Origin: a phage
Direction: 5' to 3' (one strand)
Length of the DNA stretch: 64,000 bases
Sequence record: PZ452610.1
A program made the position numbers and the translations under genes. The notes beneath the pieces were generated by a model that was not told the origin of the DNA, searched no databases, and saw only the letters and a list, made by a program, of their open reading frames with translations. Of this stretch, positions 52,306 to 61,244 are shown in pieces. Position 1 is the first letter of the stretch; each line of letters opens with the position of its first letter.

Positions 52306-52827
52306 TTAATAACCTCGGTCTTGACGAGCAAAGTTTTCAGCATTCTTCAGATAATACAGTTTAAAGATTTCTTCAGCAGAAAGACCCAGACCTTGGAACA
52401 TGTTCAGAACGAAGTGCAGAATATCAATCATTTCGAATTTAATTTCGAGCTGGTCTTCGGGAGACAGTTCATCAATACGACGATTACGATATTCAGCATG
52501 TTGTGCTTTCCATGGCTTCCACACAGAGCTGGCAGCTTTTTCACCGTTGGACATACCACCAAGTGAAGTCAGCAGTTCACGGAATTCATCATCAATATAA
52601 TCTTTCTGATTACGCAGCCAATCAACAACATCGCCAGCAGTAGCCAATTCATCAGGATGTTTGTTATGTTCAGGCTTGTCATTTGCCAGACGAACCTGTA
52701 AAGATTTCTGCATATCAAGCATTACCTGCAGTGGGTCTTTATCTTCGTGAATCAGAGCATTAAAATAAGCTTCTTCTGCTTTATCAACACCAGAAATAAG
52801 TTGTGAACATTCGTTAAAGTGTGCCAT
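52306..52827 (-). CDS. 56: gp56 dCTP/dUTP pyrophosphatase (dCTPase)
   Basis: start at MAHFNEC (SD AAGGA) rather than track 52842; strongly T4 gp56-like (PLQVMLDMQ, ETAGDVV.W, EIFKLYYLKN.ENFARQDRGY). Confidence 0.9.
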   Translation of the reverse strand: MAHFNECSQLISGVDKAEEAYFNALIHEDKDPLQVMLDMQKSLQVRLANDKPEHNKHPDELATAGDVVDWLRNQKDYIDDEFRELLTSLGGMSNGEKAASSVWKPWKAQHAEYRNRRIDELSPEDQLEIKFEMIDILHFVLNMFQGLGLSAEEIFKLYYLKNAENFARQDRGY

Positions 52828-52860
52828 TATTTTTCCTTTCAATTCAGTATAAGAGAATTA

Positions 52861-52885
52861 ATTCTAACATTAATTTTATAAAGCG
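52861..52885 (-). promoter_or_regulatory. candidate MotA-dependent middle promoter (gene 56)
   Basis: minus strand CGCTTTA + 12 bp + TAGAAT upstream of gene 56 start 52827. Confidence 0.35.
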
Positions 52886-52915
52886 TAATAAATAATAGGT
52901 AACTAAGGAGATATT

Positions 52916-53113
52916 ATGTTTAAACTTCCATCGTTAATCAACGCTATTAAAGGCAATAAAAAGAAAACTGCTATCGCTGCAATAGTTGTAGGTGGCATTA
53001 TTTCATGGAACTTCGGGATTGCACCATTGTTAGTTGCCCATGGTATTATAGTTCCTTCTGTTCCATTGGATACTGTAGTTGATTTGGCCTTTGCTATTAT
53101 AGGGCTTGTTTAA
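52916..53113 (+). CDS. small membrane protein, 65 aa (plus strand)
   Basis: strong SD AAGGAG 5 nt before ATG; two hydrophobic segments; lies between minus-strand 56 and 61. Confidence 0.4.
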   Translation: MFKLPSLINAIKGNKKKTAIAAIVVGGIISWNFGIAPLLVAHGIIVPSVPLDTVVDLAFAIIGLV

Positions 53114-54132
53114 ATCTTCGAATAACGAGATAATCTCATTTTAGCATGCAACCCACTTGAAATATTCTGTTTCATATATTCTAAAATTTCTTGTGGTGTT
53201 GCATTTTCTTTCATTACCATATCATTCACATCCTTTGATCTCCATGGAGCTCGATCCCAGAACATGACACGTTCGCCTGCATCAACTAATCGCTTCATGC
53301 GAGCTATAGTATCTGGATGCCTAGGTTCATTATCCATTACCCATACCCGACGTTCTTTAAATGGTACCACATCTAAATCTATTGAGCCGCCTGTAATAGC
53401 GATTGCATTGGGTATGAATAAACTATCAATAGGGCCTTCCATTACCCAGACGTCTCCTTCCTTAACACGTTCAACACCATAAATTTTTGTTGCAGACTCA
53501 AACGCTTTAATAGTGATATATTTCTGAGGAGCATCTTTGCGAAGTGCACGTCCTTGAAATGACTCAGCCTTCCCGTCTTTATTAAAAATAGGAATCACTA
53601 AACGTGGTTCGGGAATCTCTTTCTTATACGTACCAGGTTGAATCTTGTTGACCAATTTAGGCCATTCTAATGTGAACCATAATCTGTTCCACGATTCTTT
53701 AGGAATACACCGAGACTTAACATATTTCACAATAGGATGCTCTTCAGGCAGCTTGTCCAGACGAGAACAAGACGGCAAAGAATTTATAGTCTTTTTCTCC
53801 GGTTCTGGTTTATGTTCAGGAACCTTTTCAATCTTTGGTTCCATTCTAGCTTTTTCTTTACGAACTTCCATTAGATATTCGCGATAAAGCTCTTCATCAT
53901 ACTCTTTTAAGTATCCAGAAATTGTATTGTGGTATTGACAGTTATAGCAATGCACATTACCTGGAGTACCACCGTAATACCATCCGCGAGCTTTCATTGC
54001 ATCTGTCTGGGAGTCGCCACAAACTGGACAACGAAACGTTAATTTAAATGTGCTTGAATTATTGATTTGTCTAAAACGAGGGAGGTGAGAAAACGCACGA
54101 TAAGCAAATTCATTATCTATCCATTCAGCCAT
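53110..54132 (-). CDS. 61: gp61 DNA primase
   Basis: 340 aa; zinc ribbon CPVCGDS...CYNC and toprim domain; near-identical to T4 gp61. Confidence 0.95.
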   Translation of the reverse strand: MAEWIDNEFAYRAFSHLPRFRQINNSSTFKLTFRCPVCGDSQTDAMKARGWYYGGTPGNVHCYNCQYHNTISGYLKEYDEELYREYLMEVRKEKARMEPKIEKVPEHKPEPEKKTINSLPSCSRLDKLPEEHPIVKYVKSRCIPKESWNRLWFTLEWPKLVNKIQPGTYKKEIPEPRLVIPIFNKDGKAESFQGRALRKDAPQKYITIKAFESATKIYGVERVKEGDVWVMEGPIDSLFIPNAIAITGGSIDLDVVPFKERRVWVMDNEPRHPDTIARMKRLVDAGERVMFWDRAPWRSKDVNDMVMKENATPQEILEYMKQNISSGLHAKMRLSRYSKI

Positions 54133-54145
54133 AGTATTCTCCAGA

Positions 54146-54165
54146 GGCCTTAAATTAATAAGGCC
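54146..54165 (-). promoter_or_regulatory. stem-loop immediately upstream of gene 61 SD
   Basis: ggcctta-aattaa-taaggcc; mRNA continues UCUGGAGAAUACU-AUG. Confidence 0.3.
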
Positions 54166-54171
54166 ATCATA

Positions 54172-54666
54172 TCACAACTTATTAATATTTACTTTAATTC
54201 GCTTTCTTTTCTTGGAAGGAATTTGTTCTGGACCTTTATTTACGACTGCACCTGTAGTTGTTCCTGATGCAATAGCTTGAGGGCTGCCACCTGAATCACC
54301 AGCCACCATATCCTCAAATAAAGGGAGTTCTTTAAATATTTCTTTCTGTTGTTCTTCTGTAATGTTATAGCGGGATGCTACGGCACTCCAGGCAGACATC
54401 ATTGAGGCCATTCCATTAAGACCTGGAACAGTGCTCATCATTCGCTTCATTGAACGAACTGAAGCATGAAAAGGTGTATAAGCCGCTTTCTCTTCAGGAG
54501 TGGAAGGACGTTTAAGAACACTTCCACGTTCATCGATGATTTTGGCTTCGTATGCTTTCCATTCGGTAAAAGGTTTTTGCATTAGTCGAATAAACTTATA
54601 TGCATAAACAGAATCTATTGCAGTGTTAATAATACCCATAGGTACCTCCTGAGTATATTTAATCAA
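54172..54666 (-). CDS. hypothetical protein
   Basis: 164 aa ORF upstream of primase. Confidence 0.5.
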   Translation of the reverse strand: MIKYTQEVPMGIINTAIDSVYAYKFIRLMQKPFTEWKAYEAKIIDERGSVLKRPSTPEEKAAYTPFHASVRSMKRMMSTVPGLNGMASMMSAWSAVASRYNITEEQQKEIFKELPLFEDMVAGDSGGSPQAIASGTTTGAVVNKGPEQIPSKKRKRIKVNINKL

Positions 54667-54856
54667 TTACAAAGATTGCTTTGTCACCATTTATATCTGT
54701 GACTTCATATGTAGTGCCTTCATACTGTGGAATATTCCAAATTACACCGTCATTAGCTTTTACGCTAATATGGCATTGGTGTTTTGAAACAACTTCATAA
54801 TCTTCAAAACTTGTAAAAACACTAATTTTAGAACCAGTGCAAATTGCAGTAGTCAT
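54659..54856 (-). CDS. hypothetical protein
   Basis: 65 aa ORF. Confidence 0.5.
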   Translation of the reverse strand: MTTAICTGSKISVFTSFEDYEVVSKHQCHISVKANDGVIWNIPQYEGTTYEVTDINGDKAIFVID

Positions 54857-54857
54857 T

Positions 54858-55517
54858 TTAACCTCGATTCATAAATGCATTAAATATTTGGTCATCAACA
54901 GAAATTTCTAATTCGACTTCAATTGCTTCGGCCTTTTCTTCAGGTGGTAATTCGTATCCACACACTACAATTTTTTCATCGATATCAAAATATACAGAAG
55001 CAATACGATTAATGTTATTTTCAGTTAAGTCCAAATCAACATCAACATCTTTTTGGCCTACACTTAGAGGATAACTAATACGGGTTATTTTATTATCTTT
55101 AACAAAGAGTCCACCAACATACTCTGTACTACGTTTGAAGTTTACACGTTTCCGAATTGAAAGATATGATACATCTTTACCGTGAGCTCGGCTCATAGGA
55201 CATAATGAATAGCTAGAATAAGAGATGTCAAATCCTACACCTTCAATATGAGCCAACGCGTCATGATTAAACCAATTATAATCATATGCCAAATCCATTA
55301 TATTGTAATATGTGAAAGGCACAGGATTAACATCATATGTTGTACCTTTAAAATCTGCCCAGGCAACGATTTCGTTATCTTTAACAATTACAAAAATTAC
55401 ACCAATATGGTATCCTTTATTATTTTCATTCGGCGTTATATTATAACATTGTGCATTAGGAAATTTACCATATTTAAATGGTGCGTTTTTGTGCATATAA
55501 TAAATCATATTATTCAC
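54858..55517 (-). CDS. hypothetical protein
   Basis: 219 aa ORF. Confidence 0.5.
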   Translation of the reverse strand: MNNMIYYMHKNAPFKYGKFPNAQCYNITPNENNKGYHIGVIFVIVKDNEIVAWADFKGTTYDVNPVPFTYYNIMDLAYDYNWFNHDALAHIEGVGFDISYSSYSLCPMSRAHGKDVSYLSIRKRVNFKRSTEYVGGLFVKDNKITRISYPLSVGQKDVDVDLDLTENNINRIASVYFDIDEKIVVCGYELPPEEKAEAIEVELEISVDDQIFNAFMNRG

Positions 55518-55803
55518 CTGTGATTTCGGTTACGATATCTTTGTTATCGAAATTAGGGTCACAATACAAAACATAGTTGTACTGCATGATACCGCCAGAC
55601 TTAAGTTGTTCAACAACTTTATTAACCATATTAGGACGGTCTCGTTTAGTGATGTTCATGATATCAGAGAAGATTTGTTGTTCAACATCTTCTTGATTTG
55701 CAGTCATTGACCACTCACAGAGGTCTTTATCATAACCTGCCGTAACTGGAGCCGGTGCACATGATACTGCAAGTAAGATTGCTGCCAATGATAACTTTTT
55801 CAT
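55510..55803 (-). CDS. sp: Spackle periplasmic superinfection-exclusion protein
   Basis: 97 aa with signal peptide; AGYDKDLCEWSMTA..Q..V, GG.MQYNYVLYCD.NF.NK as in T4 Sp. Confidence 0.8.
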   Translation of the reverse strand: MKKLSLAAILLAVSCAPAPVTAGYDKDLCEWSMTANQEDVEQQIFSDIMNITKRDRPNMVNKVVEQLKSGGIMQYNYVLYCDPNFDNKDIVTEITGE

Positions 55804-55832
55804 TTTAACTCCTTAGTTGATTTGATAGGACT

Positions 55833-55862
55833 ACTATACTATAGTCCATCTATAATGTAAAC
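55833..55862 (-). promoter_or_regulatory. T4-type early promoter (sp)
   Basis: GTTTAC -35, 18 bp, TATAGT -10; upstream of sp start 55803. Confidence 0.5.
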
Positions 55863-55866
55863 AAGT

Positions 55867-56115
55867 TTATTCTTTTTCGCGAATAATAATTACTTGTTGA
55901 GGCTGCTGAGCCGATTTCTTTTCGGCAACGATAGACCAAATTAAAGTTCCAATCCAACCAATCATCGTCCAGTTAAAGAGTAAAGATACAAAGAAGATTG
56001 CTGTTGTGCTTTTTGTGCCACGAATAAGTGCGATTACCCAAGGCAACATGTAAATGATGATTGAACCAATACCTGCGATTAAAACTGCTACTGAACTAGC
56101 TACGAATAATTCCAT
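55867..56115 (-). CDS. Imm-family superinfection immunity membrane protein
   Basis: 82 aa, two TM helices; YMLPWVIALIRG ... IFFVSLLFNWTMIGWIGTLIWS fits the Imm superinfection-immunity family pattern. Confidence 0.5.
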   Translation of the reverse strand: MELFVASSVAVLIAGIGSIIIYMLPWVIALIRGTKSTTAIFFVSLLFNWTMIGWIGTLIWSIVAEKKSAQQPQQVIIIREKE

Positions 56116-56176
56116 GTTAATTTCCTCTTGATTTGTTATGTTTATAATATCTTGTTTTAACTTTGGCGTAAACCAA

Positions 56177-56545
56177 TTAATTAAATTTGTTTAAACGTTC
56201 AATACACTGGACGTAGTTATTCGCGATTTGTTTCTGGGTAGGCTCTTTACCAGTTGTTTCAACATAACGAATGAATGCGATTTCAGTAGCCTGTAGACAA
56301 TGTTCTTTAACGCGTTGTTCTTTTGACAATGCTACAGTATCAGAGTCACGATAACGTTGAGCATGGGCATCAGCTTGAATCATTCGATTACCTACAGTAA
56401 CCGGGTCTTCCACTTCAACTTTAGGTTGGTCGTACTGTTTAACATTCGGATTGTAAATCAATTGGCCAACGTTATTAGGGATAAAGCCATGGGCACCACA
56501 TCCGGTTAATCCAAATACCATTGCTAAAGCGATTAATTTTTTCAT
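56177..56545 (-). CDS. putative lipoprotein
   Basis: 122 aa; signal peptide with lipobox (FGLTGC); early promoter 56574-56603. Confidence 0.55.
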   Translation of the reverse strand: MKKLIALAMVFGLTGCGAHGFIPNNVGQLIYNPNVKQYDQPKVEVEDPVTVGNRMIQADAHAQRYRDSDTVALSKEQRVKEHCLQATEIAFIRYVETTGKEPTQKQIANNYVQCIERLNKFN

Positions 56546-56573
56546 TTCAATTTCCTCTGTAGTTGATAGAAAG

Positions 56574-56603
56574 ATAGTAACACAGTATGTGGGGCTTGTA
56601 AAC
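56574..56603 (-). promoter_or_regulatory. T4-type early promoter
   Basis: GTTTAC -35, 18 bp, TACTAT -10; upstream of start 56545. Confidence 0.5.
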
Positions 56604-56616
56604 AGTTATTTTAAAA

Positions 56617-56826
56617 TTATCGAAAATCTGCTTCGAAAACTTTCTCGTCATTAACAAATGCTTTAACTAATGCTTTGTTCACTTCAGCAAGTTGTACCGT
56701 AACCCACTCGATTTCTTCGCGATCACCTGATAACATGATATCTTTAGTGAACATCTCACCGCTTTTAAACCAACCGATAAAAGTAACTTTAGTTAATTTG
56801 CTCATATTTCCTCGCAAAATGCCCAT
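56617..56826 (-). CDS. hypothetical protein
   Basis: 69 aa ORF. Confidence 0.45.
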   Translation of the reverse strand: MGILRGNMSKLTKVTFIGWFKSGEMFTKDIMLSGDREEIEWVTVQLAEVNKALVKAFVNDEKVFEADFR

Positions 56827-57119
56827 TCAGCGTGATAAACTGTAGCGCCTTTAGTATCATTCATTTGAACTACATCTACCGGAGAAATTACTCGATAGAG
56901 ACGTGGTTCACCTCCATAAGAGCGTGCTGCTCGTCCTGCATAAATCTTTGCTAAACCGATATCTTCAGTAAAGAATACACGATCCAAGTTTTTCTTACGT
57001 CCAGTTTCAGACAGAACTCCTGTTTCTTCAGGAGGACAAAGCATGTTTTCGATGTTAGCTGAACTACTTGAACCGTGATAAAAAATCTTAAATTCTGCTT
57101 TACAATCAATGGTTTTCAT
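56802..57119 (-). CDS. hypothetical protein
   Basis: 105 aa ORF with early promoter 57146-57174. Confidence 0.5.
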   Translation of the reverse strand: MKTIDCKAEFKIFYHGSSSSANIENMLCPPEETGVLSETGRKKNLDRVFFTEDIGLAKIYAGRAARSYGGEPRLYRVISPVDVVQMNDTKGATVYHAEWAFCEEI

Positions 57120-57145
57120 TTTGTTCTCCGGTAGTTGATAGGTCT

Positions 57146-57174
57146 ATAATAACACAACTACCGGAGAAGTAAAC
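57146..57174 (-). promoter_or_regulatory. T4-type early promoter
   Basis: GTTTAC -35, 17 bp, TATTAT -10; upstream of start 57119. Confidence 0.55.
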
Positions 57175-57549
57175 TTAAAAACGTAATTTAGATATATCTG
57201 CGTTGATTTCGTTTTGGTTTGCGTCGTATGCAATTAAACGAACCGCTTTAGATGGGTCATTCAATGCATAGAAATGATGGAACATTGCTCGAACGATATC
57301 ACCATTTACGAGTTCTACCTGGATAGGAGAACCTTTTTCGAGTTGGAAATGTTCATAAGCTTTGATGGTTCGCAGATAATCAAGTTTTTGATTTCCAGCT
57401 CCAACAATTTGTACGATACGTTTGCCCATGTTTTCCATACGAGATACAATAGTTTTAGGAGCAAGAATAACGTAGGTTGCCAGTGGAGAAACTACTTCAA
57501 CAGTTGTGTTTTCGGTGATTGCAGTAAAAATTGCTTGAGACATATTCAT
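57175..57549 (-). CDS. hypothetical protein
   Basis: 124 aa ORF with early promoter 57579-57608. Confidence 0.5.
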   Translation of the reverse strand: MNMSQAIFTAITENTTVEVVSPLATYVILAPKTIVSRMENMGKRIVQIVGAGNQKLDYLRTIKAYEHFQLEKGSPIQVELVNGDIVRAMFHHFYALNDPSKAVRLIAYDANQNEINADISKLRF

Positions 57550-57578
57550 AATGTTTTCCTCTTGGTTGGTGTAAGTAC

Positions 57579-57608
57579 ATCATATCATGCCTAGAGGAAG
57601 ATGTAAAC
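57579..57608 (-). promoter_or_regulatory. T4-type early promoter
   Basis: GTTTAC -35, 18 bp, TATGAT -10; upstream of start 57549, just after gene 41 hairpin. Confidence 0.5.
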
Positions 57609-57615
57609 CCAGAAA

Positions 57616-57631
57616 GGAGACCGAAGTCTCC
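57616..57631 (-). terminator. UUCG-loop hairpin downstream of gene 41 (weak terminator or RNA stability element)
   Basis: GGAGAC-UUCG-GUCUCC; U-tract on minus strand is only UUUC; on plus strand it is followed by T5. Confidence 0.4.
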
Positions 57632-57637
57632 TTTTTA

Positions 57638-59080
57638 TTAAAATTTTAACTCATTGGCTAAGCTATCTAGGTCAGCACGTGTTGCTTTGGCTTTACCTAC
57701 GCGTTCCGTACGATTCACCTCTGCCTGACGCATCTGAGCACCTGCGTTTTCATTTACTGTGTTAGGTGTGTTCATGCCTTCTTGCTCAATCTCAATCCAT
57801 TTCTGGTTGCCTTTACGTACACCCATCAGGAATTTATTCCACTTATTCTTATCGCCGTATCGTGATTTGATTTGTTTGATAAGTTGTTGTTCAGCTTGTG
57901 CAAGTTCTTCGGTTTCAATTACAGCCAACATGAAATCCGCCGTTGCTGGTAAACCTGCTGATTCTGCAATATCACTCATGTTCATGTCTGAAGCATCCCA
58001 TGCTGCACGTCCTACTTGAGCTGCAGTCCATAGAACTGTTTCAGATTCTACTGCTAATGCACGAAGTTCTTCTGCGATAGCTTTAACTAATGTGTAGCTA
58101 TTTTCAGTGTAAACTCTGATACGACAAGACCCACAAATACCTAAGTAATCAACCATGATTACAGATGGTACAAAGTTCTTCTTAAGTTTTAACTCATTAA
58201 GCAATGCACGAAATGTATTAGCATTAGCTCCACCAGTAGGATACTGTTTAACTACTAAACGTCCTAATGTTGTTTTTGAACGCCATTTTTCCATCTTGGC
58301 TTTATATTCAGCATAAGATACGTTACCATCATCAATATCATCAAGTGATACGTCAAGCATGTTTGCATCTATACGCTTAGCACAAACTTCTTCAGCCATT
58401 TCCATAGAAATATAAAGAACGTTATGACCTGTTTGAAGATAATCTGCAGCAAGTGAACAAAGGCCTAAAGATTTACCAACGTTAACACCGGCCATTAAAA
58501 CGTTCAGTGTACCTGTTTCTGCACCACCTTTGGTGATTTTATTCAGAATGTTTAATTTGAACGGGACCTTACGTGCTTTATTTAGATAAGAAAGCCAGCG
58601 TGCTTCATAATCTTCCATCCAGTCATGGCCAACATAACTATCAAACGAAATTGAAAGTGCTTGACGCATAATATCAGGAATAGCTCCTACGTCAGGCATT
58701 TTCTTGTTACGTTGTTCTGGAGGTAGTTCAGCATTAGACTGAATCTCAATGATTTTGGATGTAGCATTATACATCGCTTTTTGCTGGACATATTTCTCAG
58801 TTTCTTTAACCAACCATTCATGGTCTTCAGGAGTATCAGCCAATTTTTCAATTAGGTCTGAAGTTCCTTTATATTCGGCTTCAGTTAAAGAACTGTTATC
58901 TAAAGCCACCTTTAACGCATTGATAGATGGCATTGCATTATATTCGTTAACGTGGCTCTTTATAATTTTAAAGACATTTTTTGCCGGTCCACGCTCAAAA
59001 TACTCAGAATCCATATAAGGCCAGACCTTAGAAAAATAAGCCTGGTCATATACGAGATGAGACAAAATAATTTCTACCAC
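57638..59080 (-). CDS. 41: gp41 replicative DNA helicase (DnaB-like)
   Basis: 480 aa; Walker A GVNVGKS, T4 gp41-like throughout. Confidence 0.95.
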   Translation of the reverse strand: MVEIILSHLVYDQAYFSKVWPYMDSEYFERGPAKNVFKIIKSHVNEYNAMPSINALKVALDNSSLTEAEYKGTSDLIEKLADTPEDHEWLVKETEKYVQQKAMYNATSKIIEIQSNAELPPEQRNKKMPDVGAIPDIMRQALSISFDSYVGHDWMEDYEARWLSYLNKARKVPFKLNILNKITKGGAETGTLNVLMAGVNVGKSLGLCSLAADYLQTGHNVLYISMEMAEEVCAKRIDANMLDVSLDDIDDGNVSYAEYKAKMEKWRSKTTLGRLVVKQYPTGGANANTFRALLNELKLKKNFVPSVIMVDYLGICGSCRIRVYTENSYTLVKAIAEELRALAVESETVLWTAAQVGRAAWDASDMNMSDIAESAGLPATADFMLAVIETEELAQAEQQLIKQIKSRYGDKNKWNKFLMGVRKGNQKWIEIEQEGMNTPNTVNENAGAQMRQAEVNRTERVGKAKATRADLDSLANELKF

Positions 59081-59089
59081 GATAACTCC

Positions 59090-59452
59090 TTAAAAGAATT
59101 TAAATTTTTTCTTGGTTCGTTCATTAAAAGCTTGTTGTACTTGCATTGTAACACATTTTTCAACATGTGGTGCAAGTTCTGCTTTTCTGTCCTGGTCAAG
59201 AACTGCAAAGTCCATTACGATTTTACCATCAACCCAGTCTAGTTTTGTAATATAGACTATATGATGAGAACCATCTTCAAGTGTAATCAGAATCTCTTGA
59301 ATGACATTTTCCATTGCTGAACGGATAATTTTAAGAGATTCATTAAACACTCGTTCTTTGCGAATGTCTTCCCCTTCCGAAGAAGGGGATTCATCAACGA
59401 TTTCTAGATTTAAATCATCGAGATTATTCATCGAAATCTTCCATTTCGTCAA
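59090..59452 (-). CDS. 40: gp40-like head vertex assembly protein
   Basis: 120 aa ORF at T4 gene 40 position between 41 and uvsX; identity by position and size. Confidence 0.5.
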   Translation of the reverse strand: MTKWKISMNNLDDLNLEIVDESPSSEGEDIRKERVFNESLKIIRSAMENVIQEILITLEDGSHHIVYITKLDWVDGKIVMDFAVLDQDRKAELAPHVEKCVTMQVQQAFNERTKKKFKFF

Positions 59453-60596
59453 GGTCGTTTTCTATATCTGCTGCAGACGGAGCATCAGAAGTTTTAACCG
59501 GAACTTTAGTTGTTGCTTTGCAATTAATAAGGTCGTTAACAGCGTCATCAACTTCTTTAATAGAAGAGATAGCACCTAGTTTATATTTAGTTTCAATTGC
59601 ATCTCGGAAAGGTTTGTGTTTAAACAAAGGTCCCCAGAATTCTACACAATCGGTAGCTTTAGCACGCCATGATTTCTCTTCACGAATCATTTCGCCTGTT
59701 TCTTCGTCAAGGAATTCGCGAGCATACCACCCGGCTTTAGGCTTAACAACAAATCCAATTTCAGTTGCCATTTCTAACAAGCCACTGAATGGGTCAATAC
59801 CGCCATCAAAATTAACCGTGATCGGGAAAGTAGATTTCTCTTTAACTGTACGAGATTTTTCCGCTTTCAACGTAAAGTCATAACCGGTCAATTCTGTACC
59901 TTCTTTAACCTGACGTTTAGAGATAAAAAATACCGTGTTGGCAGAATAAAGAATACCTGTACCACCGCCCATAATCTCTTTAGGATACAATCCGCCGATT
60001 TCCATTGCTGTATGGTTGATTGCAACACATGGAATATCTTTAATAGTCAGATAAGGAGTCACAATGCGGAACAGAGATTTAAGTGCCTTAGCACGAGACA
60101 TATCACCTACAACTTTCTCGTTCAATGCATCTTCGGTTTCTTTCTTAGATGCAGTATTACCAATCGAGTCAATAAAGATAATAACTTTATCACCGCGTTC
60201 AATAGCGTCAAGCTGATTAGTCATATCAACTTTAAGTTGTTCGACAGATTGAATCGGAGTATGAACTACACGGTCTAAATCAACACCCATTGAACGAAAA
60301 TAAGATTCCGAAGCACCGAATTCTGAGTCATAAAACAAACAGATTGCATCTTTATATTTCTTCATATACGCTGCAACCATAGTTAGTCCAAACAACGTTT
60401 TAAAGTGTTTAGAAGGAGCAGCAAAAATAGTTAAGCCTGATTGCAACCCGGCATTCAGTGCACCACCTAATGCAATATTCAACATCGGAATACGAGTAGG
60501 GACTTCATCGCGATTATTAAACAGCTTAGACTTAGTCAAGTCTGCAGTCATTTTAGAAGTAGAAGCTTTAATCAGACGAGATTTTAAATCAGACAT
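59424..60596 (-). CDS. uvsX: UvsX recombinase (RecA-like)
   Basis: 390 aa; near-identical to T4 UvsX (MSDLKSRLIKASTSK, GPSKHFKT Walker A, acidic C-tail). Confidence 0.95.
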   Translation of the reverse strand: MSDLKSRLIKASTSKMTADLTKSKLFNNRDEVPTRIPMLNIALGGALNAGLQSGLTIFAAPSKHFKTLFGLTMVAAYMKKYKDAICLFYDSEFGASESYFRSMGVDLDRVVHTPIQSVEQLKVDMTNQLDAIERGDKVIIFIDSIGNTASKKETEDALNEKVVGDMSRAKALKSLFRIVTPYLTIKDIPCVAINHTAMEIGGLYPKEIMGGGTGILYSANTVFFISKRQVKEGTELTGYDFTLKAEKSRTVKEKSTFPITVNFDGGIDPFSGLLEMATEIGFVVKPKAGWYAREFLDEETGEMIREEKSWRAKATDCVEFWGPLFKHKPFRDAIETKYKLGAISSIKEVDDAVNDLINCKATTKVPVKTSDAPSAADIENDLDEMEDFDE

Positions 60597-60649
60597 TGTA
60601 TTTTTCCATAGGCATCATTATATTTTACTCATGTTTAAAAGATAAGATG

Positions 60650-60676
60650 ATTATATACTAAGGGTTATACAGCATT
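60650..60676 (-). promoter_or_regulatory. candidate MotA-dependent middle promoter (uvsX)
   Basis: minus strand AATGCTGTA + 12 bp + TATAAT in the 98-nt gap upstream of uvsX. Confidence 0.4.
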
Positions 60677-60694
60677 TAAAACTTTAAATGACTC

Positions 60695-61243
60695 TTAACG
60701 AGCCCATTTGATGATTTCTGTAATCAAATCATTACGTTCGCTTGCATTAAATCCTATAACTTTGTTAGCACCATCATGATTAAGTAATTGATACGTTTGG
60801 ATTTTGTTATGAATTGCAAACTCTTCAAAATGTGAAATGACTGTATTAAAACCGAATGAAGACAAAGTGATAAGGTCGTCTTCAAAACTTTCAGTCATTT
60901 CGTTACGTGTTAAAATAATTGTGAACACATCATGGTTTTGGCAAAGACGAACATAATCCTGTTCATAAACGTCAAGAACCGAGTCCGCATCTTGTCGAAT
61001 ACGTCCATAAACCCAGTTACTAATATATCCACGGTCTAACAGATAAATCTTAGTAGGGTCTAAATAATTCAACATCGTTTCGAAACAGCCAACTTCATTT
61101 CGAGACTTAACATCGAAACGTCCATCAACTGTTCGTTTAGGGAAATCAATCTTTACATATCTTTCACTAATTTCCATTATGTCATTAATGAAAGTTGTTT
61201 TACCAGCATTATCCGGGCCATCTACTAAAATAATTTTAGCCAT
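60695..61243 (-). CDS. thymidylate-kinase-like P-loop nucleotide kinase
   Basis: 182 aa; IILVDGPDNAGKTT (Walker A as in Tmk IEGLEGAGKTT) and LDRGYISNWVYG (Tmk DRH..S..AYQ-like). Confidence 0.55.
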   Translation of the reverse strand: MAKIILVDGPDNAGKTTFINDIMEISERYVKIDFPKRTVDGRFDVKSRNEVGCFETMLNYLDPTKIYLLDRGYISNWVYGRIRQDADSVLDVYEQDYVRLCQNHDVFTIILTRNEMTESFEDDLITLSSFGFNTVISHFEEFAIHNKIQTYQLLNHDGANKVIGFNASERNDLITEIIKWAR

Positions 61244-61244
61244 T

